From contig DASREX010000060.1 of the NCBI GenBank assembly GCA_035651855.1, positions 14,528 through 78,527 on the forward strand: a stretch of 64,000 bases of DNA. Reading direction: 5' to 3'. A model generated the notes under the pieces. That model made no database searches, had not been told where the DNA came from, and saw nothing but the letters and a program-made list of their open reading frames with translations. Source of the stretch: Candidatus Sulfotelmatobacter sp. GTDB lineage: Bacteria; Acidobacteriota; Terriglobia; Terriglobales; Acidobacteriaceae. Positions 44,740 through 54,393 of this stretch are shown one piece after another. The translations under genes were made by a program, and so were the position numbers. Every line of letters begins with the position of its first letter. Positions within the stretch are counted from its first letter, which is position 1.

Positions 44740-46219
44740 AAGTCATCTCGCAGTATTGTTCGAAGCGTTGTGCTTGCCGCTCCCATTGGCCGGTATCGAG
44801 AGGTTCAAACACCTCGGTCGGAAAAGACCGATCGACGATGGCGCGGACTTCGGCCAGGGACGATGCTTCGCCGGTTGCCAGGATCTGGATCGCAATGTTG
44901 CCCAGCGCAGTCGCTTCGGCGGGGCCGGCCAGAACCCTCCTCCCGGTGGCATCAGCGGTGAACTGATTTAACATCCGGTTCTTTGAGCCTCCACCGATGA
45001 CCCGAATTTGTTCGATACGCCGCCCGCAAACTTGTTCAAGATCACGCAGCACCAGGCGATATTTCAAAGCCAAACTCTCCAGCACGCAGCGTACATAGGC
45101 CCCCGGGCTGGCGGGAACGGACTGATTTGTTTTCCGGCAGAAATCGTCAATCGCCGCGGGCATATCAGCGGGACGCAGGAAAGACTCGTCATCGGGATTG
45201 ATCAGCCGCGTAAGGGCCGGCTCATGGCCTGCCAGTTCGACCAGTTCGCGATACTCGAGGGTCTTTCCCTTCACGCTCCAGGCATGCCTGCAGCCCTGCA
45301 AAATCCAAAGGCCCATCACATTCTTCAGCAGCCGGGTGGTCCCGTTCACCCCGCCTTCGTTCGTGAAATTCAATCGGAGTGCTTCCGGTGTGACTACGGG
45401 CGCGTCAATTTCCGTGCCGATAAGGGACCAGGTTCCAGAACTGAGGAAGGCGGTACCATCACGTCCGGAAATCGCTGCCACGGCGGAGCCGGTGTCGTGG
45501 CATGCCGGAGCGATGACGTCCGTTCCAGCCAACGAAGAAGCCTGGGCCACACTAGGCAATAGGCACCCGATGGTGGATCCCGGCTCCACGATTTGCGCGG
45601 GCAACTCCGGGCGTAACCCCACCCTCCCGATGAGATCTGTCGCCCACTCACGCCGCACCGGGTCTACCATCTGCGTGGTCGTTGCATTGGTGAACTCGCA
45701 AACCGCATTTCCGGTAAGCCAGTAATTGAACAGGTCGGGGATGGTGATAAGTTGCCTGGCGGCCGCGACCATGGAGGGCGTATCCCGCTGCGCGGCGAAA
45801 AGCTGGTACAGAGTGTTGATAGGCATGAACTGAATACCGGTCGCGCGGTAGATCTCCTCTTTGGGTACACGGCGAAACACTTCCTCCATGACTCCCTGGG
45901 TGCGCGGATCGCGGTAGTGATAGGGATTTTGCAGTAACTCGCCACGCTCCCCGAGCAGGGCATAATCCACGCCCCAGGCGTCCACGCCGATTCCAGCCAG
46001 TTTGATGGTTTGCACGCAGGCCAGGGCCTTGCGAACTTCGAACCAGAGTCTCGGCATGTCCCAGTGCAGAGATCCACCGTACTCTACCGGTTCGTTGGGG
46101 AAGCGATGCACCTCTTCGGTAGTGATGATTCCCGACTGCAAATGGCCGAGAACGGCACGCCCGCTCTCGGCTCCGAAATCGAACGCGAGGTAAGGCTTGG
46201 AATGGCCGGGATCACGCAT
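44732..46219 (-). CDS. rhaB: Rhamnulokinase (FGGY carbohydrate kinase)
   Basis: ORF 44732..46459 trimmed to the ATG at 46219 (MRDPGHSKPYLAFDFGAESGRAVLGHL..), an 8-nt overlap with the rhaI stop. The upstream extension lies inside rhaI in another frame. Confidence 0.88.
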   Translation of the reverse strand: MRDPGHSKPYLAFDFGAESGRAVLGHLQSGIITTEEVHRFPNEPVEYGGSLHWDMPRLWFEVRKALACVQTIKLAGIGVDAWGVDYALLGERGELLQNPYHYRDPRTQGVMEEVFRRVPKEEIYRATGIQFMPINTLYQLFAAQRDTPSMVAAARQLITIPDLFNYWLTGNAVCEFTNATTTQMVDPVRREWATDLIGRVGLRPELPAQIVEPGSTIGCLLPSVAQASSLAGTDVIAPACHDTGSAVAAISGRDGTAFLSSGTWSLIGTEIDAPVVTPEALRLNFTNEGGVNGTTRLLKNVMGLWILQGCRHAWSVKGKTLEYRELVELAGHEPALTRLINPDDESFLRPADMPAAIDDFCRKTNQSVPASPGAYVRCVLESLALKYRLVLRDLEQVCGRRIEQIRVIGGGSKNRMLNQFTADATGRRVLAGPAEATALGNIAIQILATGEASSLAEVRAIVDRSFPTEVFEPLDTGQWERQAQRFEQYCEMTYA

Positions 46220-47402
46220 AGGAAGAAACGTTGTGGGAATTCCTGGCTGACCGTTCCTTCGTGATCCGTTCCAGATATCCGCTCTGGCGGAACGCTTCCA
46301 GCGGATCCCTGGGCAGGCCCTTGGAGTCACGCCAATCCTGGATGGCGGGCCGGACGTCGGTGGCGAAGGCATCCTGCAAGAGTGACTCGGCTTTGACCAG
46401 GTCGCACTTGTTCTGTGCCGCCGCGAGCTTCTCGGCATCGACCAGCGCCGCTTTCGCAAAGAGTTGCTGCGCCATGGTGACGGTCTGAATCATGGCTTCC
46501 ATCTTGCCCTTCAGATTGTGGCTCTGATCTACCATGTAAGCGATGTCGGCGCGCTTGCCGGTTTCCCATTCAAAGAAGCGGATCTCGTGAAAAATACGGA
46601 AGACCTGATAGGGATCAATCGAACCCATGGTCAAGTCATCGTCGGCGTATCGGCGGTCGTTGAAGTGAAAGCCTCCGAGCATGTTCTCCGAGAGCAGCCA
46701 GGCTACGATTTGCTCGATATTCTGCGCAGCGTAGTGGTGTCCGGTGTCCACCAGGACTTTGGCTTGAGGGCCCGCGGCGCGCGACAGCAGCAGCGCCATT
46801 CCCCAGTCGGCAATATCGGTGTGATAAAAGGCCGGCTCAAAGGGTTTGTATTCGACCAGCATTCGCTGGTCGGGCGAAAGCTCGCGATGCGCTTGCTTCA
46901 ACGCTTCTTCAAACCACTTCTTGCGCTGCCGGATATGCCCGGTTCCGGGATAATTGGAGCCGTCGGCAAACCAGAATGAAATATCCCTGCTGTGCAGCCG
47001 CCCCGCGATCTCGATACTGTCTTTTGCGTGCTGCAAGGCGCGCTGCCGTACCGATTGATCCGGGTTACCAAAGGAGCCGTACTTGTATTCCTGATCCTGA
47101 AAGAGATTTGGATTGATCGAGCCGGGCGCAACTCCATAGCGGCTGGCGAAGCTCTTGATGTCATCGGTGCTGTCAACGCCCCGCGGGCAGTCCCACAATA
47201 CGTGCAACGCCACCGTGGGGCAGACGCCGGTCAACAGGTGCACCTGTCCCGCATCGCTGAATTTTTCCTCGGTCGTGGTCGCGGCGGCTGCTTGGATGAA
47301 CTTGCCGAAACGCGTGCCTGTATTCGCGAACCCCCAGGATGGAAGCTCAATGCGAAATGTCTCGAGCGCGGCAAAAACCTTGGCACTCGTGCTTGCGTCC
47401 AT
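46212..47402 (-). CDS. rhaI: L-rhamnose isomerase, Streptomyces/Pseudomonas stutzeri-type (xylose-isomerase-like TIM barrel)
   Basis: 396 aa. ..FRIELPSWGFANTGTRFGKF.. and ..VDTGHHY..FHFNDRRYADDDL.. motifs. First gene of the rha catabolic operon. Confidence 0.85.
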   Translation of the reverse strand: MDASTSAKVFAALETFRIELPSWGFANTGTRFGKFIQAAAATTTEEKFSDAGQVHLLTGVCPTVALHVLWDCPRGVDSTDDIKSFASRYGVAPGSINPNLFQDQEYKYGSFGNPDQSVRQRALQHAKDSIEIAGRLHSRDISFWFADGSNYPGTGHIRQRKKWFEEALKQAHRELSPDQRMLVEYKPFEPAFYHTDIADWGMALLLSRAAGPQAKVLVDTGHHYAAQNIEQIVAWLLSENMLGGFHFNDRRYADDDLTMGSIDPYQVFRIFHEIRFFEWETGKRADIAYMVDQSHNLKGKMEAMIQTVTMAQQLFAKAALVDAEKLAAAQNKCDLVKAESLLQDAFATDVRPAIQDWRDSKGLPRDPLEAFRQSGYLERITKERSARNSHNVSSYA

Positions 47403-47477
47403 GCATGCCTCTTTTCGGGACCGAGATTACCTTCCTTCAATCATAGCGGTCACGATTTTCTTTGGCGAAGCCGTTCG

Positions 47478-47492
47478 TTTCGCATTGCGAAA
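47478..47492. promoter_or_regulatory. Candidate rha-locus operator, site 1 (perfect 7-1-7 palindrome)
   Basis: TTTCGCATTGCGAAA, 76 bp upstream of the rhaI start. Confidence 0.55.
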
Positions 47493-47596
47493 TATGATTC
47501 GGCCTCGGGACGGCATGAAAGGGATCACACGGCAAGACATGGACTGCCGCTGACTTGCAATGTCGGGGAGAGTTCGAGCTACCGCTGGATTCATAA

Positions 47597-47611
47597 TTTC
47601 GCGATGTAGAA
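47597..47611. promoter_or_regulatory. Candidate rha-locus operator, site 2
   Basis: TTTCGCGATGTAGAA. The left half matches site 1; the right half equals the reverse complement of the left half of the 49147 site. Lies 119 bp from site 1. Confidence 0.4.
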
Positions 47612-47831
47612 CCTGTCGCTTTGCAGGCTGTGAATTCCGGACGTCATTTCGCGCTCGGAAAATCCAGCCTGCGAGAGCATTAACGATTTTGTGGCTGCAG
47701 AAGGAAGGATCCGTGCTCGCAGAACCTCCAGCTTTCCGGGCTGACCCTTCAGAACTGGGCACGAGCCCGCTTGAGAACGGCAAGGAGACAGCAACCGTGC
47801 GGGAATAAGCGGTAGAGAAGCCACCCCTAAA

Positions 47832-47846
47832 TTTCGCTTTGCAAAA
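47832..47846. promoter_or_regulatory. Candidate rha-locus operator, site 3 (overlaps the putative -35 of the regulator gene)
   Basis: TTTCGCTTTGCAAAA, 31 bp upstream of the regulator ATG. Confidence 0.45.
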
Positions 47847-47865
47847 TAGAAAAAATAGGTATGAT
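47838..47865 (+). promoter_or_regulatory. Promoter candidate of the regulator gene; would give a leaderless or near-leaderless mRNA
   Basis: TTTGCA (47838-47843), 16 nt, TATGAT (47860-47865). The ATG at 47877 is only ~12 nt downstream and has no SD. Confidence 0.3.
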
Positions 47866-47876
47866 GTCAACTCTGT

Positions 47877-49049
47877 ATGAGCCCCGTCGCTCAGACGCGC
47901 GATCCTTATCTCGTTAAATCGATCGTCCACTCCTCTCAACTTCTGGCTGCATTTCATTCTCCCGGCGAAGCCCTGCCGCTCAAGGAGATATCAGCGCGTT
48001 GCGCCTTGCCCAAGACCATGGTGTTTCGTCTGCTTTACACCCTGGAAAAGTGCGGCATGGTCGACAAGGTCGGACAGAACCTGTATCAGTCCCGGGTGCG
48101 TCCGTGGAAGCAGCGGCTCTATCGCTTGGGCTACGCCGCCCAGGGCACGGATTATCAGTTCTCCCGCGAGATATCGGAAAGCCTGCAACGCGCCGCTGCG
48201 GCTGAAGGCATCGAACTGATTTCGCTGGACAACCGGTACAGCGCGAAGATCGCGCAACGAAACGCGGACCTGCTGGTTCGGGAGAAAGTCGATCTCGCCA
48301 TCGAATTTCAGACTGACGAGGAAGTTGCGCCCATTGTCGCCGCCAAGTATCGCGAGGCGGGCATTCCCATGATTGCCATCGATATCCCGCATCCCGGGGC
48401 AACCTACTACGGGGCCAACAATTATGAGGCAGGGCTGATCGGAGGCCGGTACCTGGGACGATGGGTGAAGGAGCACTGGCATTCGGAAGTTGACGAAATC
48501 CTCTTGCTGGAACTCAAACGGGCGGGGAATCTCCCGCGCATGCGATTATCGGGGCTGCTGGTAGGCATCAACCTGGTGTTCCCTGGCGCAGCGAACTGCC
48601 GGGTGACCTACCTGGAAGGCGGCGGAGAACTCGGGCCCAGCTTCGAGGCGGTCCGCCGGCATTTGCGTGCCTCGCATGCCAAGCACGTGCTGGTAGGGGC
48701 TATCAATGACCCCAGCGCGCTTGGAGCTTTGCGGGCATTCCAGGAAGCCGGCCGGGCGGAGAACTGCGCCGTGATGGGGCAGAATGCTTCACCGGAGGGA
48801 CGTGTGGAACTTCGCCAGCCCCGGACTCGCTTTGTCGGTTCGGTGGCCTATTTTCCTGAGCGCTACGGCGAGAACCTCATCCGGGTCAGCCTCGACCTGC
48901 TGAACCAGAGACCCGTGCCGCCAGCGGTTTTCGTGGAACACAAACTGATCACTCCCGGCACGGTCGATCACTACTATCCCAATGACGCCCTGGCGCAGTT
49001 GGTGCGAACCGAACCCTACGATTCCTCGCGGCCCGACATATCGCGCTGA
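47877..49049 (+). CDS. Hybrid transcriptional regulator: IclR-type winged HTH fused to a type-1 periplasmic-binding-protein (LacI/RbsB-like) sugar-sensing domain
   Basis: N-terminus VKSIVHSSQLLAAFHSPGEALPLKEISARCALPKTMVFRLLYTLEKCGMVDKVGQNLY matches the HTH_IclR pattern. Residues ~85-370 (YRLGYAAQG..IELISLDNRYSAKIAQRNADLLVREKVDLAIEF..GIPMIAIDIPHPGATYYGANNYEAG..) match a PBP1 sugar-binding fold. Confidence 0.8.
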   Translation: MSPVAQTRDPYLVKSIVHSSQLLAAFHSPGEALPLKEISARCALPKTMVFRLLYTLEKCGMVDKVGQNLYQSRVRPWKQRLYRLGYAAQGTDYQFSREISESLQRAAAAEGIELISLDNRYSAKIAQRNADLLVREKVDLAIEFQTDEEVAPIVAAKYREAGIPMIAIDIPHPGATYYGANNYEAGLIGGRYLGRWVKEHWHSEVDEILLLELKRAGNLPRMRLSGLLVGINLVFPGAANCRVTYLEGGGELGPSFEAVRRHLRASHAKHVLVGAINDPSALGALRAFQEAGRAENCAVMGQNASPEGRVELRQPRTRFVGSVAYFPERYGENLIRVSLDLLNQRPVPPAVFVEHKLITPGTVDHYYPNDALAQLVRTEPYDSSRPDISR

Positions 49050-49146
49050 CCGTGCGTAGGCCCGGCGCATAGATCGAGAACATTCGCACGTACCTCTGCA
49101 ACCGGAGTACAGGACCTTTTCTGCAGCTGCCGAGCCACGCGGGATT

Positions 49147-49161
49147 TTCTACATTGCAGAA
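49147..49161. promoter_or_regulatory. Candidate rha-locus operator, site 4
   Basis: TTCTACATTGCAGAA (near-palindrome) in the 5' region of the second TonB-dependent receptor gene. Confidence 0.45.
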
Positions 49162-49271
49162 TGAAATGCCCCGGCTGTAGGCATTGTCCATTCCCACGGC
49201 AGTCGCAACGGTCGAATTGAATGGGCTGCCAAATAACGATTTGCTGGCGAAAGGGGGCCCCTCGGAGCCGG

Positions 49272-49286
49272 TTTTTCATAGCGAAA
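49272..49286. promoter_or_regulatory. Candidate rha-locus operator, site 5
   Basis: TTTTTCATAGCGAAA: 12/15 identical to site 1, and 125 bp from site 4. Confidence 0.35.
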
Positions 49287-49451
49287 CGGCTTCAGTTCCC
49301 CGGTTGCGAGTTGACGGTCCCCGATGACCAGTGGGAGTATCCGCCCCCAGTACAGGGCGACCACTGCGTGGGGCAGGGGCAGTCTCAATAAAGTTCAAAG
49401 TGCCGGTTAGCTGACTGCACCCAGGCTTGGAAGGTCGCCGGGAGAGACCAA

Positions 49452-52400
49452 ATGTCTGCGATGACACGTATTCTCGCTGTGTGGTTGGTAGCGCTACTGG
49501 GGACAGCGTCCCTTTATGGCCAAGGCGGCGCCTACGGGACCATTCTTGGAACTGTCACCGACAATTCCGGAGCGGTCGTGGCGAATGCCAGCGTCGATGT
49601 CACCAACCTGGGAACGAACGTTTCAAAGCACACGGCGACAACTTCTTCCGGCGATTTCACGGTGCCTTATCTCGCGCCGGGCCTCTATCGCGTGACCGTG
49701 CAGTCCCAGGGATTCCGGAAGTCAGTGTTGGATAACATCGCGCTCGTGGTCGGTCAGGAAGCACGCGCCAACGTCACGCTGAAAACCGGAGAAGTGACGG
49801 AAACCGTTGAAGTGCAGGCCAACGCCGCAGCTTTGGATACCGACAGCTCTGCGGTGTCGCAACTGGTGAGCGAGAAGCAAGTCGAAGAGCTGCCGCTGAA
49901 CGGGCGCAATTTTCTGAACCTTCTGTTCATCGGGGCGGGAGCCGTCCAGACCGTTGGAGAGCAAGGCCAGATGCGCCAGGGAGCAGGAAACGCCATCAGC
50001 ATTAATGGCGGCCGTCCCGAATCCAATAACTACACTCTGGATGGGCTCACCAATACCGACACCGCTCTGAACACTCCGGCCGTGATTGTGTCGCAGGATG
50101 CGATCCAGGAATTCAAGGTCGCCAGCGAGAACTATTCCGCGGAATATGGGTACAGCGCGAACCAGGTGAACATCATCAGCAAAAGCGGTACCAACCAGCT
50201 GCACGGTACGGCGTTCGAGTTTCTCAGGAATGACGCGCTGGATGCCCTGACTCCCACGCCCTTTCAAACTCCAATCAAAAGCGAACTCCGGCAAAATCAG
50301 TTCGGCTTCGTAGTCGGCGGGCCCGTATACATTCCCAAGGTCTATGACGGCCGCAACAAGACGTTCTGGCTGGTGAACTACGAAGGCTGGCGGATCCGCA
50401 ATGGATTTGTGGTGCGAGGCCAGGTGCCCGACCCGGCGCAGTTGAGTGGCGATTTCTCCGCCTCGGGCCTGCCTGACTACGGCTCTGCGGCATGTGATAC
50501 AGGCTACGCTCAATCGACGCCGCAGCCGTGCATGCCGGTGGACCCGCTTACCGGAAACCCATTTCCCGGTAATATTATTCCGGCGGCTCGCTTTTCACGA
50601 TTGGCCAATGTCGCCCTTGCGGCCCAGGTCTTTCCCGCGCCAACACCCCTATGTTTAAGTGATCCCACGGCCTGTCAGGGAAACAATTATCAAAGGGCTT
50701 TAGCGCTGCCTAACACTACCAACCAGCAGACTTACAAAGTTGACCAGGCTTTGGGGCGCTGGGGATCCCTGTTCTTCCGGTATACCAAGTCCAGCTTTAC
50801 CAATGAGAATCCACAGAACCTGAGCCCGGCCTTCAGCATTAACAACTTCACCGAAGACACGACCAGCTGGATGTTTTCTCACACCATCACGCTGGGGCAC
50901 TCCACCGTCAATAATTTCCGCTTCGGCTTCCTGCACCCCACGGCGATTCAGGGTGCGCCTCCGCTGTCTCCAGACCAGGTCAGCGCATTGGGCTTGACGG
51001 GGGTATTCACCAATCTTCCTGCTTACGCCAGGGGCTTTCCGACGATCACGCTCACTGTGACTAACTCCAATCTGAACGACTCCTACGGAAGTCCCGGAAA
51101 CAACCCCACGACCAGCGATCTCCCCACTTGGGAATTCGCCGATTCGATCAGCATGGTCCGGGGGAAGCACACGATTGGAGTGGGGTTCGACTACCGCCGG
51201 TTTATTCAGAAAAGAGATCTATCCACGAACTTTCTGGGAGGATACAGCTACAACAACAATACGGTCGTGCTCGACACGAGCAATGGTTGCCCCGCGCCCT
51301 ACGTCACTTGCGGGACGGGCAATGCCGTGGCTGATTTCCTGCTCGGTTTTTACGGCAGCGCGAACACGTTTCAACCCGGCCCATTCAGCAAACCGAACGT
51401 AGCGGGAAACTTGAACCAGTACCACTTCCTGTATTTTGCTCCTTACGTGCAGGATGACTGGAAGGTAAGCAACCGCCTTACGTTGAATCTTGGCCTGCGC
51501 TGGGATTACCGCGCCGTTCCTTACGAGCAGGACAACAAGATGTTCTGGATCGATGACCAGAACAAGCCGGGAGGCTCGCGATTCACCGGCGGCGGACTGT
51601 GCTTCGCCAATCCGGCGCTCGCCACCAATGGCGTGGCCCCACCGGGCAACGGTTTCTACAACTACTGCGGGAGGCGCAACCCGGCCGACGGTTCCAAGAC
51701 CCCCTTCGCTCCGCGCTTCGGCTTTGCCTGGCGGCCCTTTGGAGGAGAAAAAACCGTGGTCCGCGGCGGCTATGGAATCTTCTGGGACTCCTCGCTTAGC
51801 CGGGAGATCGACGATTCCGGGGATCTCTACCCGTACGTGGAGCGGACTCAGTTGGATACTACGAGCCAGCCAGTCTCGGTAGCTCCCAAGACCACCGATC
51901 AACTGTTCGTCCCGCAGACCGCGATTGTGCCCGTAACCGCGCCCAACAGCCAGTTCGTTGCGGTCATCATCTCCGATCACCCGCGTAACCCTTACGTGCA
52001 ACAGTACACGTTGTCGGTGCAGCGCGAGTTATTCAGACGGACCAATCTGGAAGTGAACTATGTGGGTAATCGCGCTCTGCATCTGCTGAACCGCATCTAC
52101 CTGAACGAGCCGGACCCGATTCCGGCGGCTACCCTTCCCACTTGCCAGGCAGCGTTTGCGGCCAACGATAGCGCGACGCTCACCGCGAACAACTGCAATT
52201 TCTTTCAGCGCTTCCCCTTGCCCAACTTTTCCTTCCCCGGGCCCCTCAACAGCTCCTGGACGGGATACTCCAACTACAACGCGGGCAACGTGAAGCTGGA
52301 GCATCGCGCAGCCGACTTTGCCCTTCTCACGGTTTACACCTGGGCCAAGAGCATGGACGACAAGTCTGCGCCAGCCGGCATTGGGTCTGCGGGCGGAGGG

Positions 52401-53039
52401 TTCCAGGGACATCTGGATGACCGGAATCCGCGTCTGGATTACGGCCCCTCCGATTTCAGCGTCAAACATCGCTTCGTAAATAGCCTGGTCTATAGCCTGC
52501 CCATCGGCCGCGGCAAGCGCCTGCTGGGCGGCACCAATCGGGCGGCTGACCTTGCCGTCGGAGGATGGCAGCTGAGCGTGATTACCACCTTCCAGACAGG
52601 ATTCCCCTTCTCCGTTACAGCCACCGACTTGGGGCTGGCAAATGGACAGCTGGGGAATCAGCGCGCCGACCAGGTGGGGAGCCCGAGCGTCAGCAACAAG
52701 AGCATCAGCCAGTGGTTCAATACCGCAGCCTTTACTCAGCCGGCATTTGGAACCTTTGGAACCTCGAGGCGGAACATCCTGACGCAGCCCGGGATTAACA
52801 ACTGGGATATTGGTTTGGCCAAGACCTTCCAGTTCACGGAAAGGGTTGGCTTCCAATTCCGGATCGAAACCTTCAATACCTTCAACCACACGCAATACGG
52901 AGTGGACCCGACCGCAGCTGCGGCGGGAGGGCCGGGCCAGAGTGCCGTGGATGGGAACATTAACAGTCCCACCTACGGCGACGTAGTCAGCGCCCGCCCT
53001 GGCCGGATTGTCCAGCTTGGGGGCAAGATCATTTTCTGA
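49452..53039 (+). CDS. TonB-dependent outer-membrane receptor with carboxypeptidase-regulatory-like N-terminal domain
   Basis: Signal MTRILAVWLVALLGTASLYGQ. YGTILGTVTDNSGAVVANASVDV CarboxypepD_reg-like domain. Plug plus a very long barrel ending ..GGKIIF. Paralogous to the 20851..24480 protein. Confidence 0.88.
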   Translation: MSAMTRILAVWLVALLGTASLYGQGGAYGTILGTVTDNSGAVVANASVDVTNLGTNVSKHTATTSSGDFTVPYLAPGLYRVTVQSQGFRKSVLDNIALVVGQEARANVTLKTGEVTETVEVQANAAALDTDSSAVSQLVSEKQVEELPLNGRNFLNLLFIGAGAVQTVGEQGQMRQGAGNAISINGGRPESNNYTLDGLTNTDTALNTPAVIVSQDAIQEFKVASENYSAEYGYSANQVNIISKSGTNQLHGTAFEFLRNDALDALTPTPFQTPIKSELRQNQFGFVVGGPVYIPKVYDGRNKTFWLVNYEGWRIRNGFVVRGQVPDPAQLSGDFSASGLPDYGSAACDTGYAQSTPQPCMPVDPLTGNPFPGNIIPAARFSRLANVALAAQVFPAPTPLCLSDPTACQGNNYQRALALPNTTNQQTYKVDQALGRWGSLFFRYTKSSFTNENPQNLSPAFSINNFTEDTTSWMFSHTITLGHSTVNNFRFGFLHPTAIQGAPPLSPDQVSALGLTGVFTNLPAYARGFPTITLTVTNSNLNDSYGSPGNNPTTSDLPTWEFADSISMVRGKHTIGVGFDYRRFIQKRDLSTNFLGGYSYNNNTVVLDTSNGCPAPYVTCGTGNAVADFLLGFYGSANTFQPGPFSKPNVAGNLNQYHFLYFAPYVQDDWKVSNRLTLNLGLRWDYRAVPYEQDNKMFWIDDQNKPGGSRFTGGGLCFANPALATNGVAPPGNGFYNYCGRRNPADGSKTPFAPRFGFAWRPFGGEKTVVRGGYGIFWDSSLSREIDDSGDLYPYVERTQLDTTSQPVSVAPKTTDQLFVPQTAIVPVTAPNSQFVAVIISDHPRNPYVQQYTLSVQRELFRRTNLEVNYVGNRALHLLNRIYLNEPDPIPAATLPTCQAAFAANDSATLTANNCNFFQRFPLPNFSFPGPLNSSWTGYSNYNAGNVKLEHRAADFALLTVYTWAKSMDDKSAPAGIGSAGGGFQGHLDDRNPRLDYGPSDFSVKHRFVNSLVYSLPIGRGKRLLGGTNRAADLAVGGWQLSVITTFQTGFPFSVTATDLGLANGQLGNQRADQVGSPSVSNKSISQWFNTAAFTQPAFGTFGTSRRNILTQPGINNWDIGLAKTFQFTERVGFQFRIETFNTFNHTQYGVDPTAAAAGGPGQSAVDGNINSPTYGDVVSARPGRIVQLGGKIIF

Positions 53040-53064
53040 TTTGTCGCGAATCGCCTGCAGAAGA

Positions 53065-53103
53065 GCCGTCAGGTCAGCCACAGCCTGGCGGCTTCCCTTT
53101 TTA
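53065..53103 (+). terminator. Rho-independent terminator after the receptor gene
   Basis: 9-bp stem GCCGTCAGG/CCTGGCGGC (one G-U pair), 10-nt loop, followed by TTCCCTTTTTA. Confidence 0.55.
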
Positions 53104-53159
53104 TCGGTGCCGGATGCGAGCTCAGGGGCTTTGGCGCATCTGCCAATTCACGGATTTAG

Positions 53160-54389
53160 TTGAGTTACACTCGCCAAATGCGATGTCGAGATGGGATGAT
53201 CCGGCTCAGAAATACCGCTTTCTTGTGCTTTGTGAGCTTGCGAGTGTTTGCTCTGCCCGGTCAGGACAGCGCGAGCGAAAAGTATGCGGCAGAAGGACAA
53301 GCAGCGCTGGCGGCCGGCCGCTATCAGGAAGCGGAGCAAGCGTTTGAAAAGCTGCAACAGTTGGAACCAGGAATGGCCGAGGTCCACGCCAACCTGGGCC
53401 TGATCTATTTTGAGGAGAGAAAATTCGATCAGGCCGTACCGGCGCTGCGCCGCGCGTTAAAGCTGAAGCCGAGCTTGACCAAGACGGAAAGTCTGCTGGC
53501 CATGTCCTTATCCGAATTGGGACAGTACAACAATGCCTTGCCGGGGCTGGAAAAATGTTTCCGGCATTCCGCTGATACGGAGATCAGGCGTATGTGCGGT
53601 TTGCAACTGCAACGCGCCTATATCGGGCTTAAGCGCGACAGCAAAGCGGTAGAAACCGCAATGGAGTTGAATCGGCTTTATCCCGATGATCCGGAAATTC
53701 TCTACCAAACCGGGAAGGTCTACGGGAACTTTGCTTTCTTGACCATGCAGAAGCTGGCACAAGTTGCTCCATCGTCGGTATGGAGGCATGAGGCCGCCGC
53801 CGAGGCTTATGAGAGCCAAGGCTCCTACAGCCTTGCCATTACCGAGTACCGACAGGTGCTGGGCATGGAACCGGACCGTCCCGGCGTACACTACCGCCTC
53901 GGCCGAACCCTGCTGGAACGGTCGTTTCAAGTCACGTCAGCTCAGGATACCGCGGAGGCCGCCAGGGAATTCGAGCAGGAACTGCAGCACGATCCGGCCA
54001 ACGCCAACGCTGCCTACGAACTGGGAGAACTTCGGCGCAAAGCGGGGCAATTCGAAGAGGCGCAGAGACTCTTCGAGTCGGCTCTCAAGAGCTACCCGAA
54101 GTTCGAAGAGGCCCATCTCGGGCTGGCAAGCGTGTGCTTGTCGCTGCACAAGCCTGAACTGGCCTTGCCTCACCTGCAAGAGGCCATCGAAGTGAACCCG
54201 CGAAACGAGGTCGCCTGGTACCGCCTGGGGCAGGCGGAGAAGGCTTTGGGCCATATCGCGGAGCAGCAAAAAGCGCTGGCTGAATACCGCCGCTGGCATG
54301 ACGAGACCAGCCAGCTCCGCGAACTCGATCCGGTCTTCTCCCCACACGAGGTCACCAAGCAGGAAGTCGATCCTAATTTGCCCCAATAA
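53160..54389 (+). CDS. Secreted tetratricopeptide (TPR) repeat protein
   Basis: Signal-like MIRLRNTAFLCFVSLRVFALPGQ (alternative start at 53196), then about 9 TPR units. Confidence 0.75.
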   Translation: MSYTRQMRCRDGMIRLRNTAFLCFVSLRVFALPGQDSASEKYAAEGQAALAAGRYQEAEQAFEKLQQLEPGMAEVHANLGLIYFEERKFDQAVPALRRALKLKPSLTKTESLLAMSLSELGQYNNALPGLEKCFRHSADTEIRRMCGLQLQRAYIGLKRDSKAVETAMELNRLYPDDPEILYQTGKVYGNFAFLTMQKLAQVAPSSVWRHEAAAEAYESQGSYSLAITEYRQVLGMEPDRPGVHYRLGRTLLERSFQVTSAQDTAEAAREFEQELQHDPANANAAYELGELRRKAGQFEEAQRLFESALKSYPKFEEAHLGLASVCLSLHKPELALPHLQEAIEVNPRNEVAWYRLGQAEKALGHIAEQQKALAEYRRWHDETSQLRELDPVFSPHEVTKQEVDPNLPQ

Positions 54390-54393
54390 GCGG

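Noticed and set aside
47560-47600. A tRNA-like T-loop string (GAGTTCGAGCT) in the rhaI/regulator intergenic region.
   Set aside because: The flanking bases do not form a T-stem, acceptor stem or anticodon arm. I found no cloverleaf anywhere in the window.
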